A program made the position numbers and the translations under genes. A stretch of DNA of 64,000 nucleotides from Octopus sinensis (taxonomy: Eukaryota). The stretch spans positions 49,662,001-49,726,000 of the forward strand of contig NC_042999.1 of the NCBI RefSeq assembly GCF_006345805.1, read 5' to 3'. This document shows positions 26,768 through 39,469 of the stretch, piece after piece. How positions within the stretch are numbered: the first letter of the stretch is position 1; every line of letters begins with the position of its first letter. The notes beneath the pieces are model-generated. The model did no database searches. It saw nothing but the letters and a program-made list of their open reading frames with translations, and was not told the origin of the DNA.

Positions 26768-27002
26768 ATACTCTTTTACTTGTTTCAGTCATTTGACTGC
26801 GGCCATACTGGAGTACCGCCTTTAGTCGAGCAAATCAACCCCCAGGACATTCTTTGTAAGCCTAGTACTTATTCTATCTGTCTGTTTTGCCGAACCGCTA
26901 AGTTATGGGGACGCAAACACACCAGCATCGGTTGTCAAGCGATGTTGGACACACACACACATATATACAACGGGCTTCTTTCAGTTTCCGTCTACCAAAT
27001 CT
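26768..27002 (-). mobile_element. Family A SINE, partial
   Basis: Reverse complement of 27300-27568. Confidence 0.8.
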
Positions 27003-27169
27003 TCTGGGCCTAAAAAAAGCATCATGGGCGCTAATGGATTAATAACGTGTGTGTGTGTGTGTGTAATAAAATACATTGAGAAAATGCTGAGACCGAAAGC
27101 ATTTTAACGGATATTATAACTGTATCTACAGGATCACGACCAAATTCTTTAGGCCACGCAAATTCAGCT

Positions 27170-27568
27170 AGGCGCAGGAGTGGCTGTGTGGTAAGTAGCT
27201 TGCTTACCAAACCACATGGTTCCGAGTTCATTCCCACTGCGTGGCACCTTGGGCAAGTGTCTTCTACTATAGCCTCGGGCCGACCAAAGCTTTGTGAGTG
27301 GATTTGGTAGACGGAAACTGAAAGAAGCCCATCGTATATATGTATATGCATATATATGTGTGTTTGTGTCTGTGTTTGTCCCCACAACATCGCTTGACAA
27401 CCGATGCTGGTGTGTTTACATCTCCGTAACTTAGCGGTTCGGCAAAAGAGACCGATAGAATAAGTACTAAGCTTACAAAGAATAAGTCCTGGGGTCGATT
27501 TGCTCGACTAAAGGCGGTGCTCCAGCATGGCCGCAGTCAAATGACAAACAAGTAAAAGAGTAAAGAGT
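27170..27568 (+). mobile_element. Family A bipartite tRNA/CORE SINE, full length reference copy
   Basis: Head GGCGCAGGAGTGGCTGTGTGG..GAGTTCATTCCC, CCTTGGGCAAGTG, internal microsatellite, tail GGTGCTCCAGCATGGCCGCAGTCAAATGAC..AGTAAAAGAG. Confidence 0.88.
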
Positions 27569-27584
27569 ATATGATTTTTATTAG

Positions 27585-27814
27585 CTTTTATTTGTCTGCC
27601 ATTAGACTGCGACCAAGCTGGAGCACCAAAAGAAGTTTAGTTGAACGAATCGAACCTATGAGTTACTTTTTGTAAGCCTGGTACTTATTCTATCGGTGAT
27701 CTTTGCCGAACCGCTAGTTTATGGAAACATAAATACACAAACACCGGTTATCAAGCGTTGATAGAAGATACACACACACACACACACACACAAACACACA
27801 CATAAACACACACG

Positions 27815-27867
<53 letters not shown>

Positions 27868-28025
27868 TCGAGCTTCTTTCAGTTTCCGTCTACTGAGTCC
27901 ACTCAAAGCTTTGGATGGCCCGAGACTTTAGCGGAAGACTGCTGCCCAAGGTGTCTCGCAGTGGGACTGAATCCGGAACCATGTAACTGGAGAGCTAACT
28001 TCTCATCACACAACTACACTTGCAC
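27585..28025 (-). mobile_element. Family A SINE, older diverged copy with (CA)n
   Basis: Both halves recognisable in reverse orientation. Confidence 0.75.
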
Positions 28026-29199
28026 TTCCACACAACCACCACACATGCATTTACATTCTAAAGTCAATATTTTATCGTGTAGCCAACCACGGCCATTAAA
28101 ACATTGACTTGCGTGCTAATGACGCAGATGCGTAGTCATTGAGGCTGTTTTTAGTTCTGTAAGCACTTAAAAAACAAAAAAGAAGACTATGACCATCAAT
28201 GAGTGTGAAAAAAAAAATAGCAATCATTAATCGTAAAGAAGAACGATTCATGTGTGCATAGTGCAAGGTAGATAACTATAAAGAAAATTTACTGAATTAT
28301 CTCCCTTAGATAAAATAAGTGATGCATATCGCCTCTTGCTAATTTTTTTATTAATTCTGACTAATTTGTGAAAATATAGAAAAGGGAAAGAAAATAAAAG
28401 CTGAACATTGATTTTATATCGATTTTTGTTCCGCTTTGCCATTAGTTCAATCCTCAACAGGGAGAGAATGTTGCTGTTTCTTATTCACTGGAAAATAAAT
28501 ATACGTAGCTTTGACATGAAGACAAATTATATGTAATATGAAGACAAATTATATGCAGAGAAGTGACCGATTAGATCCCAGGTTCCAGGTTCAGTCCCCT
28601 TACACGGCTCCTTGAGCAAGTGTTTTTTATTATAGACTGAGTTTGATAGATGTTTTAAGAAGGAGTTAGTGTTGATGGCGAAAGCAGACTGTGCTAAATC
28701 CCATGTTGTGTGTGGAAGGAGTGAAGACGTTAAGATGTGTGTATGTGTGAGCTGAGAGAATTTTGTTGGTTTTTATTTTTTACCTTTTTGTTTCGGGCAT
28801 TAGACTGCGGCCATACTGGGGCACCGTCTTAAAGAAATTTTAGTCAAATCGATCAAACCTTGTACTTAATTCTGTTAAGCCTGGTACATATTTTGTCAGC
28901 TTCTTTTGCCGAATTGCTTAGTTACAAGGACATAATCACCAACACTGGTTGTGGAATGGTAGTCATAGAACACACACACACACACAACGGGCTTGTTTCA
29001 GTCGACCAAATCCACGCACAAGGTTTTGGTCAGCTCAATACTGTTTTAGAGGATCTTTGCCCAAGATTCTACACTCTGGGACTAAATCCAGAATTATATG
29101 GTTGGGAAACAAACCTCTTACCACAGAGCTACACCTGTGCCTATATGTAAATGAAACAGTAACTTAACCAGTCAAAAAAAACAAAATTTTTTTTTTTCA

Positions 29200-29392
29200 G
29201 GTGCAGGAGTGGCTGTGTGGTAAGTAGCTTGCTTACCAAACACATGGTCCCAGGTTCCTTCCCACTGTGTAGCACCTTGGGCAAGTGTCTTCTACTATAG
29301 CCTTGGGCCAACCAAGGCGTTGTGAGTTGATTTGGTAGATGGAAACTGGAAGAAGCCCATCGTATAAGTATGTAAATATATATATACATACA

Positions 29393-29439
<47 letters not shown>

Positions 29440-29882
29440 GGCACGTAAAATGCACCATCTGATCGTGGCTGTTTGCCAGCCTCGTCTGGCACGTAAAAAG
29501 CACCCACTACACTCACAGTGGTTGGCGTTAGGAAGGGCATCCAGCTGTAGAAACACTGCCAGATCAGACTGGGCCTTGTGCAACTTCTGGCTTCCCAGAC
29601 CCCAGCTGAACCGTCCAACCCATGCCAGCATGGAAAGCGGACATTAAACGATGATGATGATGATGTATATATGTGTTTGTGTGTCTGTTTGTCCCCCCAG
29701 CATTGCTTGACAACCGATGCTGGTGTGTTTAATTTCCCGTAACTTAGTAGTTCGGCAAAAGAGACTGATAGAATAAGTACTAGGGTATCAAAGAATAAGC
29801 TCTGGGGTCAATTTGCTCGACTGTAAAGGCAGTGCTCCAGCATGGCCACAGTCAAATGACTGAAACAGGTAAAAGAGTAAAG
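29200..29882 (+). mobile_element. Family A SINE with a family D element nested in its internal microsatellite
   Basis: Head 29200-29365, D element 29440-29665, tail 29670-29882. Confidence 0.8.
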
Positions 29883-30130
29883 ACGCCAATCTGAAATAAG
29901 CAAGGAGGCGCAATCTAATTGATTAAAGCATTCTGAAGGGGATATCTCAGCATGACCAAAGTCCTGTGACTGCAGGCTAAATGAATATGTGTTATTTTAC
30001 TGGGCTGGTAGAATATCGTTGAGCATTGAACTAAGAATTTGTTGCTAGTTTAATAGGTGTTTGATGGTTGGTATTGAGTTTAGCTGTGTGTTTTCCCATA
30101 AACAAACCAGTTGTGAACATATCTGAAGTA

Positions 30131-30697
30131 TTGGGTTGTCCGGAAAGTTTGTGCCAATTTATAGTAGCTTACCTTTAGACTTATTTTAGAACATAGTTGA
30201 GTCCATGAAATAGGATTTGACTACACCTCCATTTAGAGCACAGTTTAAGCTATCTTTTTGTGGAAGAACGTTTATGTTCCTATAACCTGTGTTAATTCTG
30301 TAACCCTATAAAATGGAAGATAAGAAAGTTCATTTTCGGCACTTGATGCTTTGGGAACCAGATAAAATTTGCTGCAGCTTGGCTGGGATCTGTTACCCCA
30401 CTCTCCATATTCACCAGATGTTGCTCCTTTGGATTTCCACTTATTTTGGTCTCTGCAGAATAAGTCTTAATGGTAAAAATTTCAATTCCTTGGATGACGT
30501 AAAAAGATACTTCGATGAATTCTTTGCCATGAAACCACCTCAATTCTGGGAAGAGGGTATTTTCAAGTTAAAGGAAAGATGGAGACGCATTGTGCAACAA
30601 AATGTTTCATATTTGGTTGATTAAAAATGTAATGGCAAGTATTTATTGACCTTTTTCTTTCCTTTAAAAATCGGCACGAACTTTCAAGAAAACTCAA
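30131..30697 (+). mobile_element. Internally deleted mariner (MITE-like derivative)
   Basis: TA flanks; TIRs TTGGGTTGTCCGGAAAGTTTGTGCC and GGCACGAACTTTCAAGAAAACTCAA; N-terminus MEDKKVHFRHLMLWE joined to PYSPDVAPLDFHLF..SLNGKNFNSLDDVK..GIFKLKERWRRIVQQNVSYLVD. Confidence 0.9.
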
Positions 30698-31267
30698 TAT
30701 TTTATCAAAGTAATTACAATATGTACATAATTACATCAACATTTACCAGTAGCAAAATGAAGTGTGCTTGAATATAGTTGTAATAATCACAACTATTAAC
30801 AAATGAAGATTATATTTGTGTCAGATATAATGCTGTCCATCCAAGTCAAAGAACTCTGAGGCTGAACTACAGCCAAGGAAAGCCTGTCAAAGGGCTCGTT
30901 GCATGTACTTACAAAGTGAGCTGCTCTTTCTGGTTTACTTTTGGCAAGAGGTGAATATCTGTGTTCCCCAGTGGCTTCCTCAACCTCTGTACTGATTCTG
31001 GCATGCTTTTGCTCTTATAACCCCTTTGACATACTCTTTTACTTGTTTCAGTCATTTGACTGTGGCCATGCTGGAGCACCACCTTTAGTCGAGCAAATCG
31101 ACCCCAGGACTTATTCTTTGTAAGCCTGGTATTCATTCTCTTGGCCTCTTTTACTGAACTGCTAAGTTACGGGGACGTAAACACACCAGCATTGGTTGTC
31201 AAGCGATGTTGGGGAGACAGACACACAAACATGTACACACACATACATACATACATACATATATATC

Positions 31268-32310
31268 ATATCGCATCGCAGTCACCCGTCGCCGCTCGCC
31301 CGAACGGGCAAGTTCGCCACGAAACCCCGAGAGAGGAGAGATACAACAACAACAGAGGCAACCGAGAGAGGAGAGATACAAAATGGCAAGGCAACAACTG
31401 GCTTACATTTAACAACTAGTTTATATGACAATCAATTGTTACATCAAAGCATTTAAAGGAAACAACAAATCAATACAGGTATACAACAGATCAAAGCATT
31501 TAACAACATGCAGATACAATATAACAGTCCGGTAACGACACAACAAGGTCAATATATCAGCATTTCAAAGGTACACATCCGAAGACACAGTTCTTTTCCA
31601 AATCACATCAACAGATAACGTTCACAGTTCTTTAAAGTCTTTTCCTACTTTCTTTTGTAATATGTATCAACACAACTCGATAATCAACAAGTCCTTTACT
31701 GTTCTTTTCACTGTTCAATACACCAATTCTTCTTCCTTCTTTTTCTTCACATATCAACACACAATTCACGTACCTTAATTCCTAATTAGAATTGCCAGTG
31801 TCCCATATTGCACTTCATCTCTCTCCGTACCGCTAATTCCAACTTGCCAAGCTTCTGAATCCCAACTGCTTGCTCTGACTTCCAAAATCCGACTCCTAAA
31901 ATTCCAACTGCTCTCTTTGACGACCGAATACCAACTGACTAAAAACCTCACTTGCTCTGTCCTTGCCACTACCCTAATCACTCTCTCCCTTAGCTCTGCT
32001 ATACTCTCTGCCTGTCTTCCTCTGCCCCTCATCCTCTCTCACTGTTAATATCCTCTCTATCTGCTCTCAGATTCCTTACTCTATCTTTCTCACTACTAAT
32101 ATTCTCTCTATCTTCCTCTTCTTCAAGGGGTGTTTAGAACGACCTCCAATCGACCGCACAAGCCAAAGGTCCCTCCAAAACCCATTACTCTTCCAGTAAA
32201 CAAAGGACTTTAACTTTACACTGCAGACTTCCCGTCTCCAAGCAAAGTAGGTCAAGAAGTACCGTGAACTGAACTATTCACAACAATATCGCATCGCATC
32301 GCATCGCATT
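31268..32310. mobile_element. Unclassified ~1-kb insertion flanked by ATATCGCATCGCA direct repeats, inside a family A SINE
   Basis: Splits a SINE into 31032-31262 and 32372-32515; 13-bp direct repeats at 31268 and 32286; GC hairpin at the left end. Confidence 0.55.
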
Positions 32311-35300
32311 GTTATTAGGCAAATCAAACAATGAAAAACTTAAGCCAATACATAAAATTAATTAATTTTATTACCAAATCCATTCACAAGGCTTTGGTCG
32401 GCCTGAGGCTATAGTAGAAGACACTTGCCCAAGGTGCCACACAGTGGGACTGAACCCGGAACCATGTGGTTCGTAAGCAAGCTACTTACCACGCAGCCAC
32501 TCTTACGCCTACGCATGGGAAAACATAGAACATTTTACGATGTGGAGAGATATTTTTACAAACTGGTTGGTTGGTAATCAGGGCATACCACCTGATTCAC
32601 CTGTGTACTGGACCCAGCTATCAGGGCTGTGAGGTTTCGATTCTAGACGTCACCATACTTTCATTGCATTACTAATCTAAATCAAATCTTCCAGTGAAAT
32701 TCAATAAGCTCAATCAAACGATCCCATCAAAATCTATAAGGCCATAGATATCACAGCAAGAGACTCCACCTCCTTTCTCATCTTCCCCTCTCCCCCATCT
32801 TTTCAAGTCGTTTACCAACTTCCTGATCTCCATCAACTTTGTCTTTATCCACTTCCTTGTTATTGCTCAGTCACTCCCTTCATGGTCTTTATGTATGGCA
32901 CGTAAAAAGCACCATCCGATCGTGGCCGTTTGCCAGGTTCGTCTGGCACCTGTGCCAGCGGCACGTAAAAAGCACCCACTACACTCACGGAGTGGTTGGC
33001 GTTAGGAAGGGCATCCAGCTGTAGAAACACTGCCAGATCAGACTGGGCCTGGTGCAGCCTTCTGGCTTCCCAGACCCCAGCTGAACCGTCCAACCCATGC
33101 CAGCATGGAAAGCGGACATTAAACAATGATGATGATGATGATTCAGGCTATGTATATGCTTGAAGGTGTTCATTAGTGATAGAGTATCAATGTATTGTGT
33201 TACATGACTAGCCATTTCCTTTTACATCTTTTGAAAGTTGACTGAATTGCAGTCTCCCCATCAATTTCCTTCTAACACTGTTTATTTGTTAGTTGTGTCA
33301 AATGCAAATTACCTTTGCATAATCTTTCATTTTAAAACTCATAAAAAGCACTTGAAATAATTATTTATTCTTAAATAACTTTTTTATTATTATTCTAACT
33401 TTTCTCTCTCTCTCTCTCTCACTCTCTCTCAGCATGCACTTTCGATTTTCATTGCTTCTCTTTGACTCATTACTAATTTCATTCTCTCTCTTTTACCATC
33501 TCTGGCAAAGTGCACTGAAACCTGGGCACCACATTCAACAAGCTCCTTATTCTTTCACACTAGTTTCAGTCATAGGACTTGAAACTTCGCTGGATCACCA
33601 CCTTCGACCCCAGTACTTATTTTAAGTCTGGTGTCTATTCTATCAGACTCTTTTGCCAATCTGCTAGATTATAGGTTTTCTGGCATGCTTAGTTACAAGG
33701 ACATAATCACCAACACTGGTTGTCAAGTGGTATTCGTAGAACACACATGCACACACACACACAACAGGCTTGTTTCAGTTGACCAAATCCACACCCAAGG
33801 TTTTGGTCAGCTCAATACTATTATAGAGGACCTTCGCCCAAGATTCCACACTATGGAACTAAACCCAGAATCATATGGTTGGGAAACAAACTTCTTATTT
33901 CTTTATTGCCCACAAGGGGCTAAACATAGAGGGGACAAACAAGGACAGACAAAGAGATTAAGTCGATTACATCAACCCCAGTGCGTAACTGGTACTTAAT
34001 TTATCAACCCCGAAAGGATGAAAGGCAAAGTCGACCTCGACGGATTTTGAACTCAGAACGTAACGGCAGACGAAATACCGTTAAGCATATCGCCCGGCAT
34101 GCTAGTTTAATAGGTGTATGATGGTTGGTACTGAGTTTAGCTATGTGTTTTCCCATAGCTCACCACCTTACAAACAAACTTCTTTCCACACAGCCACACC
34201 TGTGCCTCTATGTAAAAGAAACTGTAACTTAACCAGTCAATAACAGAAAGAGACTTTTTTTATTCAGATGCCAATATGAAATAAGCAAGGAGGCACAATT
34301 TAAACACACTAACATCAGTTGTCAAAAAGTGATGGTGGGAGGGCAGAAACATATCTACATACACACATAATGAACTTTCAGTTTCCTACTACAAAAGTAA
34401 GCCAAGTATTATAGAAAAAAACACTTCCTTAAGGTGATGCACAGCAGAACTGAACCCCAAACTACATGGTTGTGATACAAACTTCCTAACCACATAGCCA
34501 TGCCTAGATTTAGTATTGTTTCTTTTATATTCTATCATTTGTTGTTTTTGTTTGTTTGTTCCTTCTCAAGCCACGCCTGGCTCATAAGGGCCGGTTTCCT
34601 AGTTTACTTGGCATATAGGTTCCCCACCTGGACAGGACGCGAGTCCGTTGCAGGTTAGCTGCAAGATGCATGAGGAAAGAGTGAGAGAAAGTTGTAGCGA
34701 AAGAGTCAGCAGAAGGTCGCTTTTACCCTCTGCCAGAACTTCATGGAGCTTAGGTGTTTCGCTCATAAACACACACATCGCCTGGTCTGAGATTAGAACC
34801 CTCGATCCCTCGACCGTGAGTCCGCAGCTCTAACCACTAACCCATGTTCCTCCACATATTCTATCATAATCATTTTTATTTAACTTCTTCAGAGTTTAAT
34901 TTAATTCCTATTAACATTTAAAGCTTCTGTAACGAATGTAACTGCCAATGTTATTTCTTAGATCACTTATCTGTTTTTAATCTTTCCTTCCTAACTACTG
35001 TGCAAGAAGTTAGCATTCCAGCCACATGGATCAGGTTCAGTCCCTTTGCTTGGCACTTTGGACAAGCATTTTCTACTCTATCCTTGGGCCAACCAAAGCC
35101 TTATGAGTGAATTTCGTAGACAGAAACTGAAAGGCAGCGAGCTGGCAGAAACATTAGTATGCCGGGCGAAATATTTAGCAGTATTTCGTCTGCCATTACG
35201 TACTGAGTTCAAATTCTGCCGAGGTCAACTTTGCCTTTCATCCTTTCAGGGTCGATAAATAAAGTACCAGTTATGCACTGGGGTCGATGTAATCAACTTA

Positions 35301-35660
35301 ATCCCTTTGTCTATCCTTGTTTGTCCCCTCTATGTTTATCCCCTTGTGGGCAATAAAGAAATAAGAAACTGAAAGAAGCTCATTACATATGTGTGTGTGT
35401 TTGGTAGAGTAATTTGAATACTAAATGGTTAAAAATCAATAAAGTTGTGATAAAGGTCTGACTAGCATTGCAAATAATTAGCAGTTACAAATCTACTCAA
35501 ATGTTTCTCTCCTGTTGGAAACCAACCTGAGCTTCAATAGATAATTGAGTTTATCACTGGTTTGATTTAACCATTTAGCATTTAAACTGGCCATATCCAG
35601 TCTAAATAGTTTCCCTGTTTTAGGTTCAAACTGGCCAGATGTGGCCTCCCACATCAACCA

Positions 35661-36060
35661 TACTCTTTTACTTGTTTCAGTCATGTGACTGTGGCCATGC
35701 TGGAGCACTGCATTTAGTCGAGCAAATCGACCACAGGACTTATTCTTTGTAAGCCTAGTACTTATTCTATCAGTCTCTTTTGCCAAACTGCTAAGTTACA
35801 GGGATGTAAACACACCAGCATCAGTTGTCAAGCAATGTTGGGAGGACAAACACAGTCACACAAACACACACACATATATATATACATATATATATATACG
35901 ACGGGCTTCTTTCAGTTTCCATCTACCAAATCCACTCACAAGGCTTTGGTTGGCCCGAGGCTATAGTAGAAGATACTTGCCCAAGGTGTCACACAGTGGG
36001 ACTGACCCCAGAAGCATGTGTTTGGTAAGCAAACTACTTACCACACAGCCACTTCTGTGC
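35661..36060 (-). mobile_element. Family A SINE, full length, CpG-decayed
   Basis: Reverse complement of the 27170 copy with many CG>TG/CA changes. Confidence 0.85.
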
Positions 36061-36284
36061 ATGTATATATAAAACACAAACTTTTACACAATTTTCATCT
36101 ACTAAATTCACTTACTGCTATAGTGCAAGGCTCAAGTAGAAAACACTTGCAGAAGGTGCTGTACAATGGGACTGAACCGAAAACCACATGGTTACCAAGC
36201 AAGCTTTTTAACTACCAGTAAAGCCTGTACCTATAATCCCATTCTTTTTTTTTTCTTATTACCCAATTTGTTTTTCATTTTCAC

Positions 36285-36866
36285 TGTACCATTTCCTCAA
36301 ACGGGAAGGAAGAGCTATTTTCATTGTACTTGTGGCTATGGCGAAAGAATGTATCTGGTGGACACGTCTGAAAGGATTAGAGACCAATGCTTTCCTCTCT
36401 GGTCAATCTCTCATCAACATCTTCAAGTATCACTTGAAAATGAAAATGAGAGGCAAGTTTTGTCCAGCGAAGGTCTCAAAAAATGATGGGTGAATGTAGC
36501 AAGGATGGCACGTATGAATGACGAAGCCACCTTGAGTATGATCCTATGAATCCGAAAAAATTTAAAACAGAGAGTTACTTACTTGCAAATAAATATGTTA
36601 ACATGTGACATTATTGACCGAGGTTACCGTAGTCTTTTCCGTAGGCTTTTCTTTCCACGGATAAACCTTATCTGTTTCCCTCTTTACACTTTATATCATG
36701 ACATTTCTGTGATACACGACCCTTATTGATCATTTTTCTTTTTCTTTCCTTTTTACGATCCCTTTTGATCGAAAACCTACCCCCACTTTTTTTCTCCCCA
36801 TAAAGAAAAGCTCTACCTTGCAATTTGTCCCGTCTGTGTTCAGTCCTGTGTGGCTAATAAAGAAAC
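36285..36866 (+). mobile_element. 5'-truncated Tx1/L1-clade LINE: ORF2 C-terminus plus 3' UTR
   Basis: A frame not listed in the track reads AIFIVLVAMAKECIWWTRLKGLE..LINIFKYHLK, resembling the AKxxIWxxR C-terminal motif of L1/Tx1 ORF2; followed by a pyrimidine-rich UTR ending AATAAAGAAA. Confidence 0.65.
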
Positions 36867-37024
36867 ATATTTCTATTTCAGATCTTTCCTCTCATCTCAG
36901 CTAATTAAAGCCATTTTATTCATACAAGGAATTCTTATTTTACCGAGAATCCTGTCAACTGTTACTGTTATTATTCCTTCAGTCAGGGTGGCAGCCCTGA
37001 TTTATCAAATCTATTATCAAAGCT

Positions 37025-37312
37025 GTGGAGGCACATGGCCTAGTGGTTAGAGCAGTGGACTCGCAGTCGAGGGATCAGAGATTCGAATCTCAGACCGGGC
37101 GATGTGTGTGTTTATGAGCGAAACACCTAGGCTCCACGCGGCTCTGGCAGAAGGTAATGGCAAACTTCTGCTGACTCTTTCGCCACAACTTTCTCTCTTT
37201 CCTCCTGCATCTTGCAGCTCACCTGTGACAGACTGGTGTTCCATCCAGGAGGGGAACCTATACGCCAAGGAAACTGAGAAGCCAGCCTTATGAGCCAGGG
37301 ATGGCTCGAGAA
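37025..37312 (+). mobile_element. Family C (V-domain-like) SINE
   Basis: A box TGGCCTAGTGG, B box GATTCGAATCTC; homologous to 1078-1392. Confidence 0.75.
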
Positions 37313-39469
37313 AGTGTAAGAGTTAGCACTTCCTTCTCTAAGCTTAGATTCGAGATTCGAAATCGAATCCAAGAATCATCAGTCGTCAAAAACTAATGCA
37401 TGTATAGGCGCGAAATTTAAAGATCCTTTATTCTGTCAAAAAGTGATTGATCGTCTCCCTTTGACCTGCGACCTCAGCCATGTCAGGCGAAGTTCAACTG
37501 GACAAGCGCTGACCTACTTAAGTGGTGGCTCTGTTGCAGTATGTCTATCTTTCTAGCTGTTTGAAATATTATAAATACAAGGGAAAAACAGAGAAAGAAA
37601 CACAATCGGAGCTGACACACCAGCAGAGACCCCGCGTTTTGGAGACGACAGAGAAAATGCCTACAGGCTACTGTTTCGAATGATTCACGCACATACCCAC
37701 ACACACAAACATATTCATCTTTATTACGTGCTCTATACAGGCAATGTGTAGCATTTGCTTACAATTGTATGTAGTGTATTTATAATCCATGTAATTAAAT
37801 CCCTTTTTAACCATGAAGCAATTTATGTATTTATTAATACACACACACATCCACTACAAAGGAACAAACAATTATCAAAGCTATCCCTCTAATGACCACT
37901 TTATATTATTTTCAAAGAATAGCTTATTGTTATTGAATATGCTCTTTTTAAGTTTGGTAGTTATTCTTTTGATCTGCTATGCTATGGGGAATTAAACAAA
38001 CTAAGCATTTTTTCTGGTGTGCTAATGCTTAGTGGTATTTCATCTATCTTTATGTCCTGAATTCAAATTCCACTGATGTTGGCTTTGCCTTTCATCCTTT
38101 TGGGATCGATAAATTATCAGTCAAATAATCAAATGGAAATTGTAGTTATGATACCTGTGCTGGTGGCATGTAAAAAGCACCATCCAAAACATGGCCGAAG
38201 CCAGTGCCACCTTGACTGGCTTCTGTGCCGGTGGCACATGACCTGCTGTGCTTGAGGAGACCTATTGAGTGAAGTACATCAGCAACATCAAAATAAATAT
38301 CAAATGGAAATTGTAGTTGTGATACCTGTGCCAGTGGCACGTAGAAAGCACCATCCAAATGTGGTCGATGCCAGCACCAACTTGACTGGCTTCTGTGCCG
38401 GTGGCATGTAAAAAGCACCAGCTGATCATGGCCGCTGCCAGCCTCCCCTGGCACCTGTGCCGGTAGCACGTAAAAAGCACCCACTACACTCACGAAGTGG
38501 TTGGCGCTAGGAAGGGCATCCAGCTGTAGAAACACTGCCAGATCAGACTGGAGCCTGGTGCAGCCTCCTGGCTTCCCAGACCCTGGTCAAACCGTCCAAC
38601 CCATGCTAGCACGGAAAACGGACGTTAAACGATGATGATGATGATTTACTGAGGTTGATGTGATTGACTTTCCCTCCCCCACAAAATGTCAGGCCTTGTG
38701 TCTATAGTAGAAGGGATTATTTCTTCAGTCTCCAAGATGGTGAGCAGACAGAATTGTTAGCACATCAGACAAAATACTGCACGGTATTTCTTCCAGCTCT
38801 TTATGATCAGAGTTAAAATTTCATGCAAGTCAACTTTCAACATTCGGGGTGTCGATAAAATAAGTATCTGCTAAGCACTGGAACCAATATAATCAAACTG
38901 TCTCCTACTCTAAAAATTGCTGGCCTTGTTCCAAAATTTGAAATCATTATTCCTTTAATCTTCTACTAATTCTTGAACATTCTCATCTTGTGACAACAAA
39001 GATGAGGATTTTTATCAGTGCTTTATTTCTTTAAATTCTGCTAAGACTTTTAATTTTTTTCCTGATCATGTTGTATCCTTACATTTTAGTTCTTGCTGGC
39101 TTAAGTTTAATATTATTATTATTATTAAAAGTTCAAAATAGCTTCATCTATCTGTATCTAAAAAACTTACATATTATTGATTTTGTTTTTAACAACATTG
39201 TATAAGATCTCCCTTGGTTTTACTATGGAATCTTGCTTACCATTATAGAATATACATTGCATTTTCACTCATGGAAATAATACAAGTAACGAACTTTAAA
39301 AATAACAGTAAGACTTCTTTCCTCTGTTAAATAGTACAGTGGACCTTATAAAACATCATAAATGCCATTGGCTGTACAGTTCATTCACCATTTTGATAAT
39401 TCAGCTCAGGCCCTCATTGGTTACATGTGTTTCATTATGCTGTTTTATATAAAAAAGAAAAAAGAAGAC

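Noticed and set aside
30825-30915. AG..GTGAG-bounded 91-nt candidate exon
   Set aside because: The opposite strand reads TWMDSI, like an RTE LINE C-terminal remnant; better explained as a repeat fossil.
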